Shown here piece after piece: positions 18,507 through 28,348 of a stretch of DNA of 64,000 bases. The notes below the pieces were generated by a model that searched no databases, had not been told where the DNA came from, and was given only the letters and a program-made list of their open reading frames with translations. Position 1 is the stretch's first letter; the number at the start of each line of letters is the position of its first letter. A program made the position numbers and the translations under genes. This DNA is from a virus, in the IMG/VR virus record IMGVR_UViG_3300010412_000004, positions 15,013 to 79,012 of that record, one strand, 5' to 3'.

Positions 18507-18613
18507 TGTTGAAGAGGATAGAAGACTGGGTAATCGGGAAATTCCAGGCAGTGAGGGACCTTCACTCGCCAAAGAAGGGAGGGCCGTTACCCAGCCTTCT
18601 ATCCCCTCCAACA
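18507..18613 (-). ncRNA. Long hairpin leader element (unclassified cis-regulatory RNA candidate)
   Basis: About 30-bp imperfect stem whose mismatches are mostly G-U on the minus strand, plus inner hairpin GGCGAGTGAAGG/CCTCACTGCC. Confidence 0.5.
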
Positions 18614-18669
18614 TTATGTTTACAACATAACACATACCAAAATGTTTTAAAAGATATTTTTTCTTCTGT

Positions 18670-19578
18670 TTAAGTATAATCAAATATCTCTCTTTTTAGC
18701 TGTATCGCCTCCTCTGGCGATAATTTAGCAGGATCTTTTACTCCTAAACCTGTTAGTATATTCACATCAGGTATTACACTTGCAAGGTTTCCTCCTATCT
18801 TATCTGCTCTTATTTGTGCCTCTGGCTCATCATCATAAAGTATGAAAACTCTATATACTCCATGGTCGTGGAGGAATTTAACTTGGCTATCAGAACATTT
18901 TAAACCAAACATGCAGATTGCTCCATCCCCCATTCTCCAAACATCTGTGGGACCTTCTACTATTAATGCCGTATGAACTAATGAGTCCCCATTATAGATC
19001 CACTCGCTTTGTGGCAGTACACCCTCCTCTGGTCTGCAATTTTTGTACCTGTATTCTGATTTATCAGTAACATCCCTTGATGTAAAACCTACAATTTTGT
19101 GATTCATAATCACAGGTATAATTATTCTAAATTTATATCTACCTAAATTGTAACAGGCTCTAATATCATACCTATTTATTAGGTCTTGTGGATCAAAATT
19201 TCTACTTTTTAGGTACTCTATGTGAATGTCAGGAAAATCTGTAGTGCTTTCTTTTGGAAGGCTCTGATAACTCAGAGGTTTGTGCCTTATTGCCTTTGTA
19301 TATTTCTCTAAGGTTTGGAACTCCTCAATTATTTCTCTAGCCTTACTCTCTCCTGTGTCCTCAATTTTTCTCACAAGTTTTTGAGGAGGTCCTTTTTCTC
19401 CACATATCCAACAATTAAAGAACTTTGAAGATAGGTTGATGCCTAGGTGGTTAGAGTCATCTCCACACCATAAACATCTTATATTTACCCAACCTTCAGA
19501 TACGTTCTTTCCAGAGGTAGAATATTCCACCCCTCTGCTCTCAAGATAGGATATTATATCGAACAGTTCGATTGTCAT
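18670..19578 (-). CDS. DNA primase (Zn finger + TOPRIM)
   Basis: CLWC..CWIC, RIIIP, GFTSR, IVEGPTD, YDDE, KDP. Confidence 0.88.
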   Translation of the reverse strand: MTIELFDIISYLESRGVEYSTSGKNVSEGWVNIRCLWCGDDSNHLGINLSSKFFNCWICGEKGPPQKLVRKIEDTGESKAREIIEEFQTLEKYTKAIRHKPLSYQSLPKESTTDFPDIHIEYLKSRNFDPQDLINRYDIRACYNLGRYKFRIIIPVIMNHKIVGFTSRDVTDKSEYRYKNCRPEEGVLPQSEWIYNGDSLVHTALIVEGPTDVWRMGDGAICMFGLKCSDSQVKFLHDHGVYRVFILYDDEPEAQIRADKIGGNLASVIPDVNILTGLGVKDPAKLSPEEAIQLKREIFDYT

Positions 19579-19949
19579 ATAAGAGAGTCAAAACTTGATG
19601 CTTGGGTGTCTGCCTTAAGTTCAACCTCTTCTCTGAAATCACATTTAGAGCAGGTGACCACCGCCGTGGTCATTGCACCATAGAATTTTTTCATCCCTTG
19701 TCCTTTTCCCTCTGTCCTTTCTACTGAGAAAACATCTCCTTCCTCAATTTCAAGATCTTCGGCGTGTTCATGTTCTACCTCAGCGTCGGTTACCTCAGGA
19801 TAGGATTCCTCAAGTTCTTCTCCACACTCATTACATCTTTTTATCACCCTGAAGATAGCCGTAATCTGTCCCTCATTTATGTCAAGGAGATCTATTTCAG
19901 GGTCATCCACGTTGATTGCCACAAATTTATTGCATTGGGGACATCTCAT
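19575..19949 (-). CDS. Cys-rich Zn-binding hypothetical protein
   Basis: Three CxxC pairs; operon overlap. Confidence 0.6.
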   Translation of the reverse strand: MRCPQCNKFVAINVDDPEIDLLDINEGQITAIFRVIKRCNECGEELEESYPEVTDAEVEHEHAEDLEIEEGDVFSVERTEGKGQGMKKFYGAMTTAVVTCSKCDFREEVELKADTQASSFDSLI

Positions 19950-20337
19950 TTTTTCTGCTCCTTTCTTCTATGGCAAGTGATCGAGCTACTCTAGCCTGTT
20001 TTAGTTTTCTATCTAATATGGTTATCTGTCTATTTTTTCTCGCTATGAATCCTGATAGTGCTTCCTCTTTTGTAGGATAGGCATATTTTTTTCTCGACTC
20101 TTTGCTTATCCATCTTTTCTCAATAATTGACTCTTCTGATATAGGGGATAGAACCATAGGAATACGTTTATTAGATATTGAATATTCTTTACTGGGATAT
20201 TTTGATATCCAATATCCTTTGGTAGTTTCATTAATAAGTTCAAATTCTATTAAATAAATAGACACCCTTCCTGGTTGATTGAAACGGTAGTCCCAATCCA
20301 TTAACATATCTTCATATCTATAAAATTTCATATCCAC
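19927..20337 (-). CDS. Hypothetical phage protein
   Basis: ETTKGYWI...YAYPTKEEAL..F pattern; operon context. Confidence 0.6.
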   Translation of the reverse strand: MDMKFYRYEDMLMDWDYRFNQPGRVSIYLIEFELINETTKGYWISKYPSKEYSISNKRIPMVLSPISEESIIEKRWISKESRKKYAYPTKEEALSGFIARKNRQITILDRKLKQARVARSLAIEERSRKNEMSPMQ

Positions 20338-21842
20338 CCCTTATCACAATAAATGCTGAGTCTTTCACCAAAATGGTCTACAAACCATCTGGCATTATTG
20401 TCAAAAAAGTCAACTATTATACCGTGTTCCTTCCCTTCAAAGGCTGTAAGACATCTGCTCGCGGACTGTATCGTGGTGGTTTCAGATTTACCCCCAGCCG
20501 CGTTTATCAGTACATTCAGCGAAGGGATATTGACACCTTCGTTCCATATTGTGGTTACAATTATACACTTAATCCTCCTTTCGTGCAAGAGTTTTCTGTA
20601 TTGATGTCTTTCAATACTTCCCTTTTTTATCTTTGCTTCGATATCCCTATAAATATCAAGTTCCTTTTGTACTTCTTGGATGCTCTTTTGTCCTTTAATT
20701 TCTCCAACAGTACGATATTGATCTATTTTATTTTTTAACCTTCTGATTTCCTTTTGGGTCTCAGCATCTAATCCACCACATAAAAATGGTACTTCATATT
20801 GTGGTAGCAGTTTATCAAACATATCTTTGAGGTTAAATCCATGCTCTACTCTTCTAACTATAATTAAAACAGTCATATTTTGTTCAAGATATTCCTGTGC
20901 CGTCTTCATCACTCTTCTATTTCTAATTCTATTCCTCACTACTCCTTCAAGGTATGCATCATGATAGGAGGAGAAATTTTTGATGTAAGGTTGAGCAGGT
21001 ATTTTTACTATTCTTATTTTGGCAGGACTTATCACTTGAGTTTTCAAGGCTTCCTCCTGGGTAACTTCTCCAATAGAAGGTCCTAATAGACCTTCTAGGG
21101 ATAACTCAGATTCTATATCAGTAGGTGGTGTGGCCGTAAATCCTATCCTATATGGAGCCAGCATCCTAGAGAGTATGGACCCATAGTTGGAATTTAGGGA
21201 GGCTACATGGTGACATTCATCTACTATGACCAGGTCAAAGTAGGCACTGTATTGGAGTGGGTCTATCCTTATAAAACTTTGATGGAGTGCTATGGTTAGG
21301 GGGGATATTTCACCTTTTCTGCCATCTCCTATCAGAGAGATGGGAAACAAACCTACTTTGGTAAATTCCTCAAATGTTTGATAGAAAAGGTCTTTGGTGT
21401 GACATAGGAAGAGAGCCTTTACGTCCTTTAAGGATGCAATGATTCCTGCCGCCGTAATTGTTTTTCCATATCGTGCAGGAGCTGTCAACACTCCTCTCTT
21501 TTTTTCTATGGCAGATAAAATTAAAGCTAACTGTCCTTTCCTAAACTCTATATCTTTGAGTCTTGGATCTATAAGAGGCAGTTTTTTTCTCTCATAGTTT
21601 GGACTCGTCCATTTAATCTTCTTATTGAGTAGTTTGGCTTTATCCTTTATTCTGGTTTTAAATCCAGTTAGGAATACTGCATCTGACGTTACTAAGGTTT
21701 TTTGGTATGTGATGTGTTTCCCGCCATAGGCTTGTTTTTTGTAATAGGTCTTCTCAAAGGTGAGTATCTGTCTCACAAAATTTCTCGACTCTTCATTTTG
21801 TGCTCGGGTGTAAACAGCATTTTGTTCAGTATAATGTAACAT
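20328..21842 (-). CDS. SF2 DNA helicase (UvsW-like)
   Basis: APARYGKT, VDECHH, GFTATP, EGVNIPSL, IQSASR. Confidence 0.88.
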   Translation of the reverse strand: MLHYTEQNAVYTRAQNEESRNFVRQILTFEKTYYKKQAYGGKHITYQKTLVTSDAVFLTGFKTRIKDKAKLLNKKIKWTSPNYERKKLPLIDPRLKDIEFRKGQLALILSAIEKKRGVLTAPARYGKTITAAGIIASLKDVKALFLCHTKDLFYQTFEEFTKVGLFPISLIGDGRKGEISPLTIALHQSFIRIDPLQYSAYFDLVIVDECHHVASLNSNYGSILSRMLAPYRIGFTATPPTDIESELSLEGLLGPSIGEVTQEEALKTQVISPAKIRIVKIPAQPYIKNFSSYHDAYLEGVVRNRIRNRRVMKTAQEYLEQNMTVLIIVRRVEHGFNLKDMFDKLLPQYEVPFLCGGLDAETQKEIRRLKNKIDQYRTVGEIKGQKSIQEVQKELDIYRDIEAKIKKGSIERHQYRKLLHERRIKCIIVTTIWNEGVNIPSLNVLINAAGGKSETTTIQSASRCLTAFEGKEHGIIVDFFDNNARWFVDHFGERLSIYCDKGWI

Positions 21843-21919
21843 GATTACTAAAAATCCTGCTTAAGATCCGCGTGAATTCTGCACGAACTTCTGTCAATTA
21901 ATATGTTTATATGCGTTAT

Positions 21920-22621
21920 TTAACTGCCTTTTTTGTTGTATTCCCTTACTCTCCAATCCGCCGTTACTTTTCCTTTTTGCATACCTGTCATTATCTTGTT
22001 GACTTGTTCCTGGGTGCCTTTATCTTTAGGGTTTATTCTATTTATCTCGCTGAGGTGTATTTCTAGGTCTGATATCTTTTTATTGGCTCTTTTGATATCC
22101 TCCTCTTTTTCTTTTATTTTCTCTTCGAGATCTTTATTCTTTTTAATCGACTCTTGGTTTTCTTCTCTTGAGATAGTGAAGGCTTTATCTAGTTCTTTAT
22201 TTTTACTCTCAAGAGATTTTATCTGCTCATAAAGAATTTTTTCCCTCTCTTCGAGTGATTTTCCTCGAAGATACCCATTTATTACCTCCTTCGCAAACAT
22301 TTCTACAGTGATTGGAGGTTGGGGTTGTTCTTCTTTATCTGGGGATGTGCTGGGAAGATCTTCGAACAGCCAGCCATAAATCTCTAAAATCTTTTGTCTA
22401 TTAATAATGTAGGTTTGTACCTGCCCTTTACCAAAGGATCCTTTTTTCTTCTTTGGTCTAAGTATACCTTTTTCTATCATTTTTTGTATTTGGGTTTGTG
22501 ATTGCTTGTAAGATAGATTCAGGATTTCGGCTAGGTAGGATGCCTCAAATTCATCCCCTTTTACTAGATGGTATAAAGCTACTGCCACGGTTCTGTGCAT
22601 TATCCTTTTTTTTGATTTCAT
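21920..22621 (-). CDS. Putative winged-helix DNA-binding protein with coiled coil
   Basis: ASYLAEILNLSYKQSQTQIQKMIEKGIL wHTH-like; heptad K/E region. Confidence 0.5.
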   Translation of the reverse strand: MKSKKRIMHRTVAVALYHLVKGDEFEASYLAEILNLSYKQSQTQIQKMIEKGILRPKKKKGSFGKGQVQTYIINRQKILEIYGWLFEDLPSTSPDKEEQPQPPITVEMFAKEVINGYLRGKSLEEREKILYEQIKSLESKNKELDKAFTISREENQESIKKNKDLEEKIKEKEEDIKRANKKISDLEIHLSEINRINPKDKGTQEQVNKIMTGMQKGKVTADWRVREYNKKGS

Positions 22622-22622
22622 T

Positions 22623-22904
22623 TTATTTCCTCCCTTCCCTTTCTATTTTTATTTTAGGTTTAGTCCCCCTTTTATTGAAATAGTATTTTTGGGTTGGACT
22701 TAGGTTGTATCTATTATCACGTATTATCACGGTGGATTTTTCTCTATTTTTGTCCTCTATGCTTTTATAGATTGTGATTTGGTGATTAGAATTTTCTGGG
22801 TAGGAAATAATGTTTCTGCCTTCTTGAATATTATCAGGACCCTCAGACCATACTAAGGATCCTGATAATACCAGAAGAGATATTACAAATATGGTTTTTT
22901 TCAT
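22623..22904 (-). CDS. Small exported protein
   Basis: MKK + hydrophobic signal-peptide-like N-terminus. Confidence 0.55.
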   Translation of the reverse strand: MKKTIFVISLLVLSGSLVWSEGPDNIQEGRNIISYPENSNHQITIYKSIEDKNREKSTVIIRDNRYNLSPTQKYYFNKRGTKPKIKIEREGRK

Positions 22905-23083
22905 ACGTTCATCTCGGTATTGTAAGACCTGGCATGACGGCAGAGCAAATAGAAACTCTCCAGTTCTCTCTTTTTCATCCTTTTAAGACCTTTTCTTGCA
23001 TTGGTCCAGTAAAAGTGGTGTTTACCGTAGATGTTATCTTTAATTCTGGACAGTATTTCGTCGATGAGTTTCTCTTTATCCAT
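22901..23083 (-). CDS. Hypothetical protein
   Basis: GAGGT RBS, ATGA overlap. Confidence 0.55.
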   Translation of the reverse strand: MDKEKLIDEILSRIKDNIYGKHHFYWTNARKGLKRMKKRELESFYLLCRHARSYNTEMNV

Positions 23084-23103
23084 TTTAGCACCTCTTTAAT
23101 TGT

Positions 23104-23138
23104 AAAGTGGAGGAGAAAGGTTTTCTCTCCTCCACTTT
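23104..23138 (-). terminator. Hairpin, probable intrinsic terminator or processing site
   Basis: 13-bp stem AAAGTGGAGGAGA/TCTCCTCCACTTT just after the DUF932 stop. Confidence 0.55.
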
Positions 23139-23142
23139 CTTA

Positions 23143-23961
23143 TTAGTTGTAGAGGCTCTTTCTGATTCGTGTTTCCAGATCGAATCTTCTTACTTCACTT
23201 TCAATTCTGTGAGTGGTGAATTGAGTTAAGATATTGAAGAATGTCCACAATGAGAGGTCCTGTGCCTCCTTCACATAATCACCTCCCATTTCCATCAGTG
23301 CAAGCCATCTATCCAGCGTCCACATCGTAGAGGTTTCTGGCTCCTCTAACAAGAGATTTGTCTCTTTCTTGTTAAGGTCGAGGTTCTTGAGTGTATTCTC
23401 GTAGGCTTTCATAACGAGAGGAGTGTTGGACCAGTTTTTCCACTCAATAGCCTGCATTTGGATTCCTTCTACACCTTCCTTAATTTTGTCTTTGGACTCT
23501 CTCAAGTCAAGGGCGGGGAGGTGCCTCTTGCTTAATTTTGCGAAGGTTTCTCCGACCACAGCTCCGTTAGAGCAAACGAGTCGGTATGCTCCTAACATAA
23601 CTGTGAACTTCCAGCCTAAATCGTAGCTGTTGAATATCTCCAGTGTGGGATTAATGAGGTCACCCTTTTTTCTCTCCCCTACTTGGAACTTGACTTCAGA
23701 GAAGAGGTAGCGGGCTCTCATCCTGGCTCCGTGGTTATGGAGAGCTACTGTCCTTGAAACTTTACCAAGGTCAAGGGATGCCAAGGCATCTTCAGCATTT
23801 TCCAGGACGTCCTCATGTTTTACCAGCTTATACTTGTCGCTGGCAATGGCGAAGACCTCTTCAGTTTCTGGATTTCTCACGGCTTTGTATCCATTTACCT
23901 CGAGGTCTCCGACATACACCGGAGCAAGCTCAACAGCAGGAAATTTGACTTCCTGATGCAT
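23143..23961 (-). CDS. DUF932/DUF945 family protein
   Basis: ASDKYKLVKH, IFNSYD, GAYRLVCSNG, LWTFFNILT; start set at 23961 by AAGGAGG RBS. Confidence 0.85.
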   Translation of the reverse strand: MHQEVKFPAVELAPVYVGDLEVNGYKAVRNPETEEVFAIASDKYKLVKHEDVLENAEDALASLDLGKVSRTVALHNHGARMRARYLFSEVKFQVGERKKGDLINPTLEIFNSYDLGWKFTVMLGAYRLVCSNGAVVGETFAKLSKRHLPALDLRESKDKIKEGVEGIQMQAIEWKNWSNTPLVMKAYENTLKNLDLNKKETNLLLEEPETSTMWTLDRWLALMEMGGDYVKEAQDLSLWTFFNILTQFTTHRIESEVRRFDLETRIRKSLYN

Positions 23962-23974
23962 AGTACTTGCCTCC

Positions 23975-24439
23975 TTATTTCTCGACGGTGATTCGACCTT
24001 TGTCGTCGATTTTGATCTTCCAGTTCTTGTTGGCACGAAGGTCAGCGATCGTTCCAGATACAGCGGCCTTATTTTTGTCAACAGGCCATTCCTCTGGATT
24101 CTTTTCGTGCAGGGCTTCAGCCAGTGTAGCGGTGTCCCAGATACCTTCTTGGATCGCCTCGATGATCAGTGATCTCCTTGAAGGCATTCCGTTTTTGGTG
24201 CGTGTCCCCATTTCTTCTGCTGGGGTGGCTTCACCTTTTTCCTCTACAGGATCCTCCACAACCTCCTCGGCGTTTTCTGAGGTGTTGATTTTGCAGAACT
24301 GATCATGGAGTTTTTCGATGAGGTCCTTCTTGAGGTAGCGTGTGGGTGGACGTGTTTGGAACGTCTTTTCATAGAGTTCCTGGAGCGTAGGTACCTTCTG
24401 TCCCTGAAGGTGTTTGAGGTAGTCTTGATTTGTCATCAT
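23975..24439 (-). CDS. Hypothetical DNA-binding-like protein (paralog of 32585-33031 C-terminal domain)
   Basis: SRRSLIIE...NKxAVxGTxxDLxxNK; start refined by RBS. Confidence 0.65.
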   Translation of the reverse strand: MMTNQDYLKHLQGQKVPTLQELYEKTFQTRPPTRYLKKDLIEKLHDQFCKINTSENAEEVVEDPVEEKGEATPAEEMGTRTKNGMPSRRSLIIEAIQEGIWDTATLAEALHEKNPEEWPVDKNKAAVSGTIADLRANKNWKIKIDDKGRITVEK

Positions 24440-24500
24440 TTTACCCTCCCTTCTCATTGTTAATGGGTTAATAAAGTTGCTTTCCTCTGCCTACAGTTAT

Positions 24501-24535
24501 AATATAATAGAAGAAAAGTGCAAAGTCAAGAGAAA
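24501..24535 (-). promoter_or_regulatory. Sigma70-type promoter
   Basis: TTGACT-17 bp-TATATT. Confidence 0.65.
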
Positions 24536-24554
24536 TATTTGGTAAAAATTTAGT

Positions 24555-24872
24555 CTATCTTTCTCTGATGAGCTCTTCTAGGGCTTCCTTAAGTGGTCTG
24601 TGGCTACGTTTTTTAATCTCTTCACATATCGCGTTGAAGATTTTATTGTGGTCAGGATGATTAAATCCTACCATTTGTGTAGCCTCATCAAATACTCTAT
24701 CACCTATTAGGTCTTTTAAGGTATCCTTGTCAGAAAACATATTATCTGCCTCCACATCTCTTTCCCCAGGTGATAGGTATTCCTCTGATTGTGAGTAGGA
24801 GATATCTTCTATCGCATTTACCAACCAGTTGTAGGAATCCTTCGCCGCTTTTTTAATTTTCTCGGTGTTCAT
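24555..24872 (-). CDS. Hypothetical early protein
   Basis: TAATG coupling to upstream ORF. Confidence 0.55.
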   Translation of the reverse strand: MNTEKIKKAAKDSYNWLVNAIEDISYSQSEEYLSPGERDVEADNMFSDKDTLKDLIGDRVFDEATQMVGFNHPDHNKIFNAICEEIKKRSHRPLKEALEELIRER

Positions 24873-25114
24873 TACATTTTTCCCAAAGGTTTCAAATGTC
24901 CTGGCAATAGTGCCATTATGACCCATCCTCTGGCGTCTAAAGGGAAGGGTCTACCAAACATCGGTGCTTTATCATCATACAGCCATACGAAACTCATTGT
25001 GGGCAATATTCCAATGGCTTGAAATACAGCATCTACCCAGTCTTGTGGAAGAGCATAATCAAAGGTCATATCTTCCATTCCTAATTGCTTTATGATTCCG
25101 CCTTTTGTAATCAT
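24872..25114 (-). CDS. Hypothetical early protein
   Basis: AAGGAGG RBS and promoter upstream. Confidence 0.6.
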   Translation of the reverse strand: MITKGGIIKQLGMEDMTFDYALPQDWVDAVFQAIGILPTMSFVWLYDDKAPMFGRPFPLDARGWVIMALLPGHLKPLGKM

Positions 25115-25134
25115 GTGATCCTCCTTTTTCGTAT

Positions 25135-25170
25135 AATATAGTAAGGATGGCCAAAGAAATCAAGATAATT
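25135..25170 (-). promoter_or_regulatory. Sigma70-type promoter
   Basis: TTATC-TTGATT-17 bp-TATATT. Confidence 0.6.
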
Positions 25171-25177
25171 TTTTGAG

Positions 25178-25501
25178 TTATTCTTTCTCTATCTCCATCG
25201 TAGCCATTGGATAGATATCCCAGTTTGATTCGTCAGGATTGATGGACATAGTATTTCTGAATCTTTCCTGAGCTTGCTCTGTGAGGTCATCCCAATATAT
25301 CTCGAACGTCTCGGTTTTTATCCTTTCATTATACTCTTTCTCTGCTTGTTTCCATCCTTCTTCCCAGTCTTTAGCGTAGATATCAGATCCCCAGAAGTGT
25401 TTCTGATGGTTAAGGTATGGATTTACATCATTTGGATCTTCTCCTGGAGAGAAGGCATTTCTACCTTCTCTTCTTCTCCCTGAAGGTGTGTTGTTTCCCA
25501 T
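25178..25501 (-). CDS. Hypothetical protein with Rmf/CrpP-like N-terminal motif
   Basis: EGRNAF..G....NPY......DWEEGWKQA. Confidence 0.5.
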   Translation of the reverse strand: MGNNTPSGRRREGRNAFSPGEDPNDVNPYLNHQKHFWGSDIYAKDWEEGWKQAEKEYNERIKTETFEIYWDDLTEQAQERFRNTMSINPDESNWDIYPMATMEIEKE

Positions 25502-25514
25502 AATTCCTCCTTTC

Positions 25515-25709
25515 TTAAAACATCTCTACCACACGGTAGTTGAAGGAAGCAGGAGAGAAGGAACATATCATCTGATCTTTTAAATCTTGAGCTTTCTTCT
25601 CGGCCTCTTCCTTGTTAGGGGTCTCGTATATTTTATCATCCTCCTTAAGCCAAGCCTGACGGGATCCTGTAATCCCTCCCCAAACGTAACATCTAATTCT
25701 GTATATCAT
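25515..25709 (-). CDS. Hypothetical early protein
   Basis: AAAGGAGGTGA RBS. Confidence 0.6.
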   Translation of the reverse strand: MIYRIRCYVWGGITGSRQAWLKEDDKIYETPNKEEAEKKAQDLKDQMICSFSPASFNYRVVEMF

Positions 25710-26135
25710 TTTTTCTCACCTCCTTTCTCTAAAGTATTTGGGTCTGGGCTCATTCCCTCCGTTTGAACCCAGAGCCAAATTCTTTAGAATGCCATTGCCA
25801 TTAGCATTAATATGAGTAAAATAGAAACCATAAGTAGGAAACCAAAGGTAACTTTTATGTAATGAGCGATCTCCTCTATCTTTGGCATTATTTTCTCAAG
25901 TAATGCGGTTAAAAATTCATCTCTGCTCATCATTCTGAAATAGTCCTCCAATCTTTATCCTTTTCCATGGTCCTTCATTATTTTATTGGTTAATTTTATG
26001 CACTCAGAGTACCTACATTTATATGCAAGTTCTTTGGCTTTTTCCCAACGGGGATCTTCAAGGTATCTCTGAGTTCTGTCCTTTTCGGGTAATCTCCATA
26101 AAGGGGTGTTTCTTTTTATCACTTTTGTCCTCCTT

Positions 26136-26432
26136 TTAGATCACTTCTACCTCTGCATAAGGAACACAGAAAAGATAGGGACGCCGAGATTTGAGACCTT
26201 CCCCATAAAATCCTGCGTATCCCATTCCTGCCATACGTGAATCCCAAGACCCATACTCCAGTCGTCCATTTGCGTGGGCAATGGGATCAAAGATCATTTC
26301 ATGATGTTCAAATAGATGTTCTTCTTTGGAATGATATTTGACAGGATTTTCTACAGATACTATCTTGTTGCGGCACATGGTGGCACGGAAGAGTATTCCG
26401 CTGGTCCCTGCTTTGATCTTGAATAGCTTCAT
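26136..26432 (-). CDS. Hypothetical early protein
   Basis: GGAGGTGA RBS at refined start. Confidence 0.6.
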   Translation of the reverse strand: MKLFKIKAGTSGILFRATMCRNKIVSVENPVKYHSKEEHLFEHHEMIFDPIAHANGRLEYGSWDSRMAGMGYAGFYGEGLKSRRPYLFCVPYAEVEVI

Positions 26433-26481
26433 AAATATCACCTCCCTCCCCAGGTTGGCTATATTTAGATCCTTTTTATTA

Positions 26482-26520
26482 AGCATAACACTGGTTAAAC
26501 GTGTAAAGCAAGATAAATTT
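26482..26520 (-). promoter_or_regulatory. Sigma70-type promoter (extended -10)
   Basis: TTTATC-TTGCTT-18 bp-TGnTATGCT. Confidence 0.5.
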
Positions 26521-26525
26521 TATGG

Positions 26526-26903
26526 TTATTTTTTGCTTCCGTGTCCACAATCAATAGTAGATTTCTGTCCAGGTGCAAATACCCACTCATGGTCACATGA
26601 GTATTGCTTGATTGTTGGGTAAGGATCGTTTGGATCCTCCATTGCGTTAAGGATTTCTCGTAGTTTGGTCAAGCCATACTCTGTGGTGCATCCATCCTTA
26701 TTGCTTCCCAGGTAGAGATCCACTCTTAACCAGTGAAGGTTCTCATCAACGTCAGCTTTGGAAGGAACTTTTTCGATTCTCCTTTTGAAAATCCAAGAGA
26801 GTATATCCTCACTTTGGTTGTCACCGAATATGGTGCGACAGTACGGGCATTTACTGTGACCAGTGGCTCCACACTTTCTGCATACAATGTTGGAATGAGA
26901 CAT
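26526..26903 (-). CDS. Cys-rich hypothetical early protein
   Basis: CxxC..CxxC; AAAGGAGGTGA RBS. Confidence 0.6.
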   Translation of the reverse strand: MSHSNIVCRKCGATGHSKCPYCRTIFGDNQSEDILSWIFKRRIEKVPSKADVDENLHWLRVDLYLGSNKDGCTTEYGLTKLREILNAMEDPNDPYPTIKQYSCDHEWVFAPGQKSTIDCGHGSKK

Positions 26904-26979
26904 TTTTCTCACCTCCTTTCTCTTTTGGATTATACTTCCCAAGGAGCATTAATCCTCCCGTTTAATGCTCCTTAAGAAT

Positions 26980-27201
26980 TTAACCCAGTTCTACTTCGTC
27001 ACAGTAGGTGTAAGCCTCTGGGTGAATTGAGAAAGGATCCTTTCCTTTTTCTACCCTTAATATGTTGATTCTTTTGATACAGGGCTCACAGATTGGGTCT
27101 CTCGTGCCTTTTTCATTGTACCATGAAGGTACCTTCTTTGGATTAAAAGTGAATGGCCTCTTGCAAACTAAACAAGGAGAAATCACAAAAGCATATCCCA
27201 T
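26980..27201 (-). CDS. Zn-finger hypothetical protein
   Basis: CLVC..CEPC; RBS. Confidence 0.6.
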   Translation of the reverse strand: MGYAFVISPCLVCKRPFTFNPKKVPSWYNEKGTRDPICEPCIKRINILRVEKGKDPFSIHPEAYTYCDEVELG

Positions 27202-27207
27202 ATTTTA

Positions 27208-27384
27208 TCACCCCCTTCTCAATGATTTTACTATCTTCTCACACTTTGGACACTTGAAGGTCAGAACGTCCCTTCCAAAGAAATCCTCTTCGATTCCTTT
27301 GAATTCTACCGTATCTTCATCAAATTGCTCATTACATTCGGAGCAGGTGACATAGATAGGTCTTGGAGCAAAGAACTTTCTCAT
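27208..27384 (-). CDS. Zn-ribbon hypothetical protein
   Basis: CSEC..CPKC; AAAGGAGG RBS. Confidence 0.6.
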   Translation of the reverse strand: MRKFFAPRPIYVTCSECNEQFDEDTVEFKGIEEDFFGRDVLTFKCPKCEKIVKSLRRG

Positions 27385-27653
27385 TTTGCCTCCTTTCTCT
27401 TGCAAATTGGGCATAACTGTGAGCTTTTTTTGCGGTTCTTGAGTTTTCTCTCAAAGTTCCTATCCACCTCATGCCAAATCCTTGCAATCCTGAAGCTGAT
27501 CCCTGCTTCAGTAACTACCTCCAGAAGACGAGCACCACGTCCATTTCGGTGACGCTCTATTCTCCCATCTAAATCTCCATTTTCACAGTATCCAATATAA
27601 TGGCGGGCATGGTGGTAGGGCTTTTCAAAGTGAAGTAAGTAGACTTTTCCCAT
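27381..27653 (-). CDS. Small GIY-YIG nuclease-like protein
   Basis: VYLLHF...HYIGY...RIERH..G.GA; ERKLK. Confidence 0.75.
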   Translation of the reverse strand: MGKVYLLHFEKPYHHARHYIGYCENGDLDGRIERHRNGRGARLLEVVTEAGISFRIARIWHEVDRNFERKLKNRKKSSQLCPICKRKEAK

Positions 27654-27726
27654 CTTGGTAGTCCCAATTTTAGTGGGTTAGTGTTCCAGACTTCACTCTC
27701 CCTCCCGAAGAGTGAAGTCCAAGTCA

Positions 27727-27939
27727 TCAACTCACTTTGACCAGGACACCTTCTTTCAAGGTTCCTTTTGCATACCATCTGTGAGGTTCAGGATAGTGCG
27801 GTCCTTCCAGGTATACCGTTCCGTCTTTCGGAAGACTGCTGGAGAAAGGACCAGGTTGGTAGACTTCAATCCTTTTCCCACTTGCCAGGGCTTCTTTCAA
27901 AGCCTTCTTGGTCTTAAAGTTTATCGTGGTATAAGCCAT
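27727..27939 (-). CDS. Conserved hypothetical phage protein
   Basis: NFKTKKALKEA...EGPHYPEPHRWYA; strong RBS. Confidence 0.65.
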   Translation of the reverse strand: MAYTTINFKTKKALKEALASGKRIEVYQPGPFSSSLPKDGTVYLEGPHYPEPHRWYAKGTLKEGVLVKVS

Positions 27940-27988
27940 CTTTTCTCACCTCCTTTCTTATATTTTCTCAGCTTTTCTCAACCTAAAT

Positions 27989-28267
27989 CTACTCTTTGTG
28001 AAGGATATCTCCTTCGGTTAAAACTTTGATGGCATACTCCATCACGGTTGCGAGTGTATAGAAATGAGCACTAAACCATCCATTCCATACTTCATGTACC
28101 TCTTTTAAGGGATCTGTAAACAGGGAAGAGATGGGGTAACTCACAATGCTGTAGGGAAAATCAGACATCGTTGGGTCACCAATTCTCTCTACTGAAAATA
28201 CTCCCTCCTCAGTCAAAGATACGATACAGATATACCCGTTGTATCTGCTTACGGTTCTGTGGTCCAT
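27989..28267 (-). CDS. Hypothetical early protein
   Basis: GGAGGTGA RBS. Confidence 0.55.
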   Translation of the reverse strand: MDHRTVSRYNGYICIVSLTEEGVFSVERIGDPTMSDFPYSIVSYPISSLFTDPLKEVHEVWNGWFSAHFYTLATVMEYAIKVLTEGDILHKE

Positions 28268-28348
28268 TCTTTTTCACCTCCCTTCCCCTTCTAAGTTCTG
28301 GTCATTGGGCTTATGTTCCTCCCTCCACATAAGCCCAGCAATCATAAC

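Noticed and set aside
18426-18683. 85-aa ORF
   Set aside because: It overlaps the long RNA hairpin and has low-complexity composition and no convincing RBS; likely spurious.
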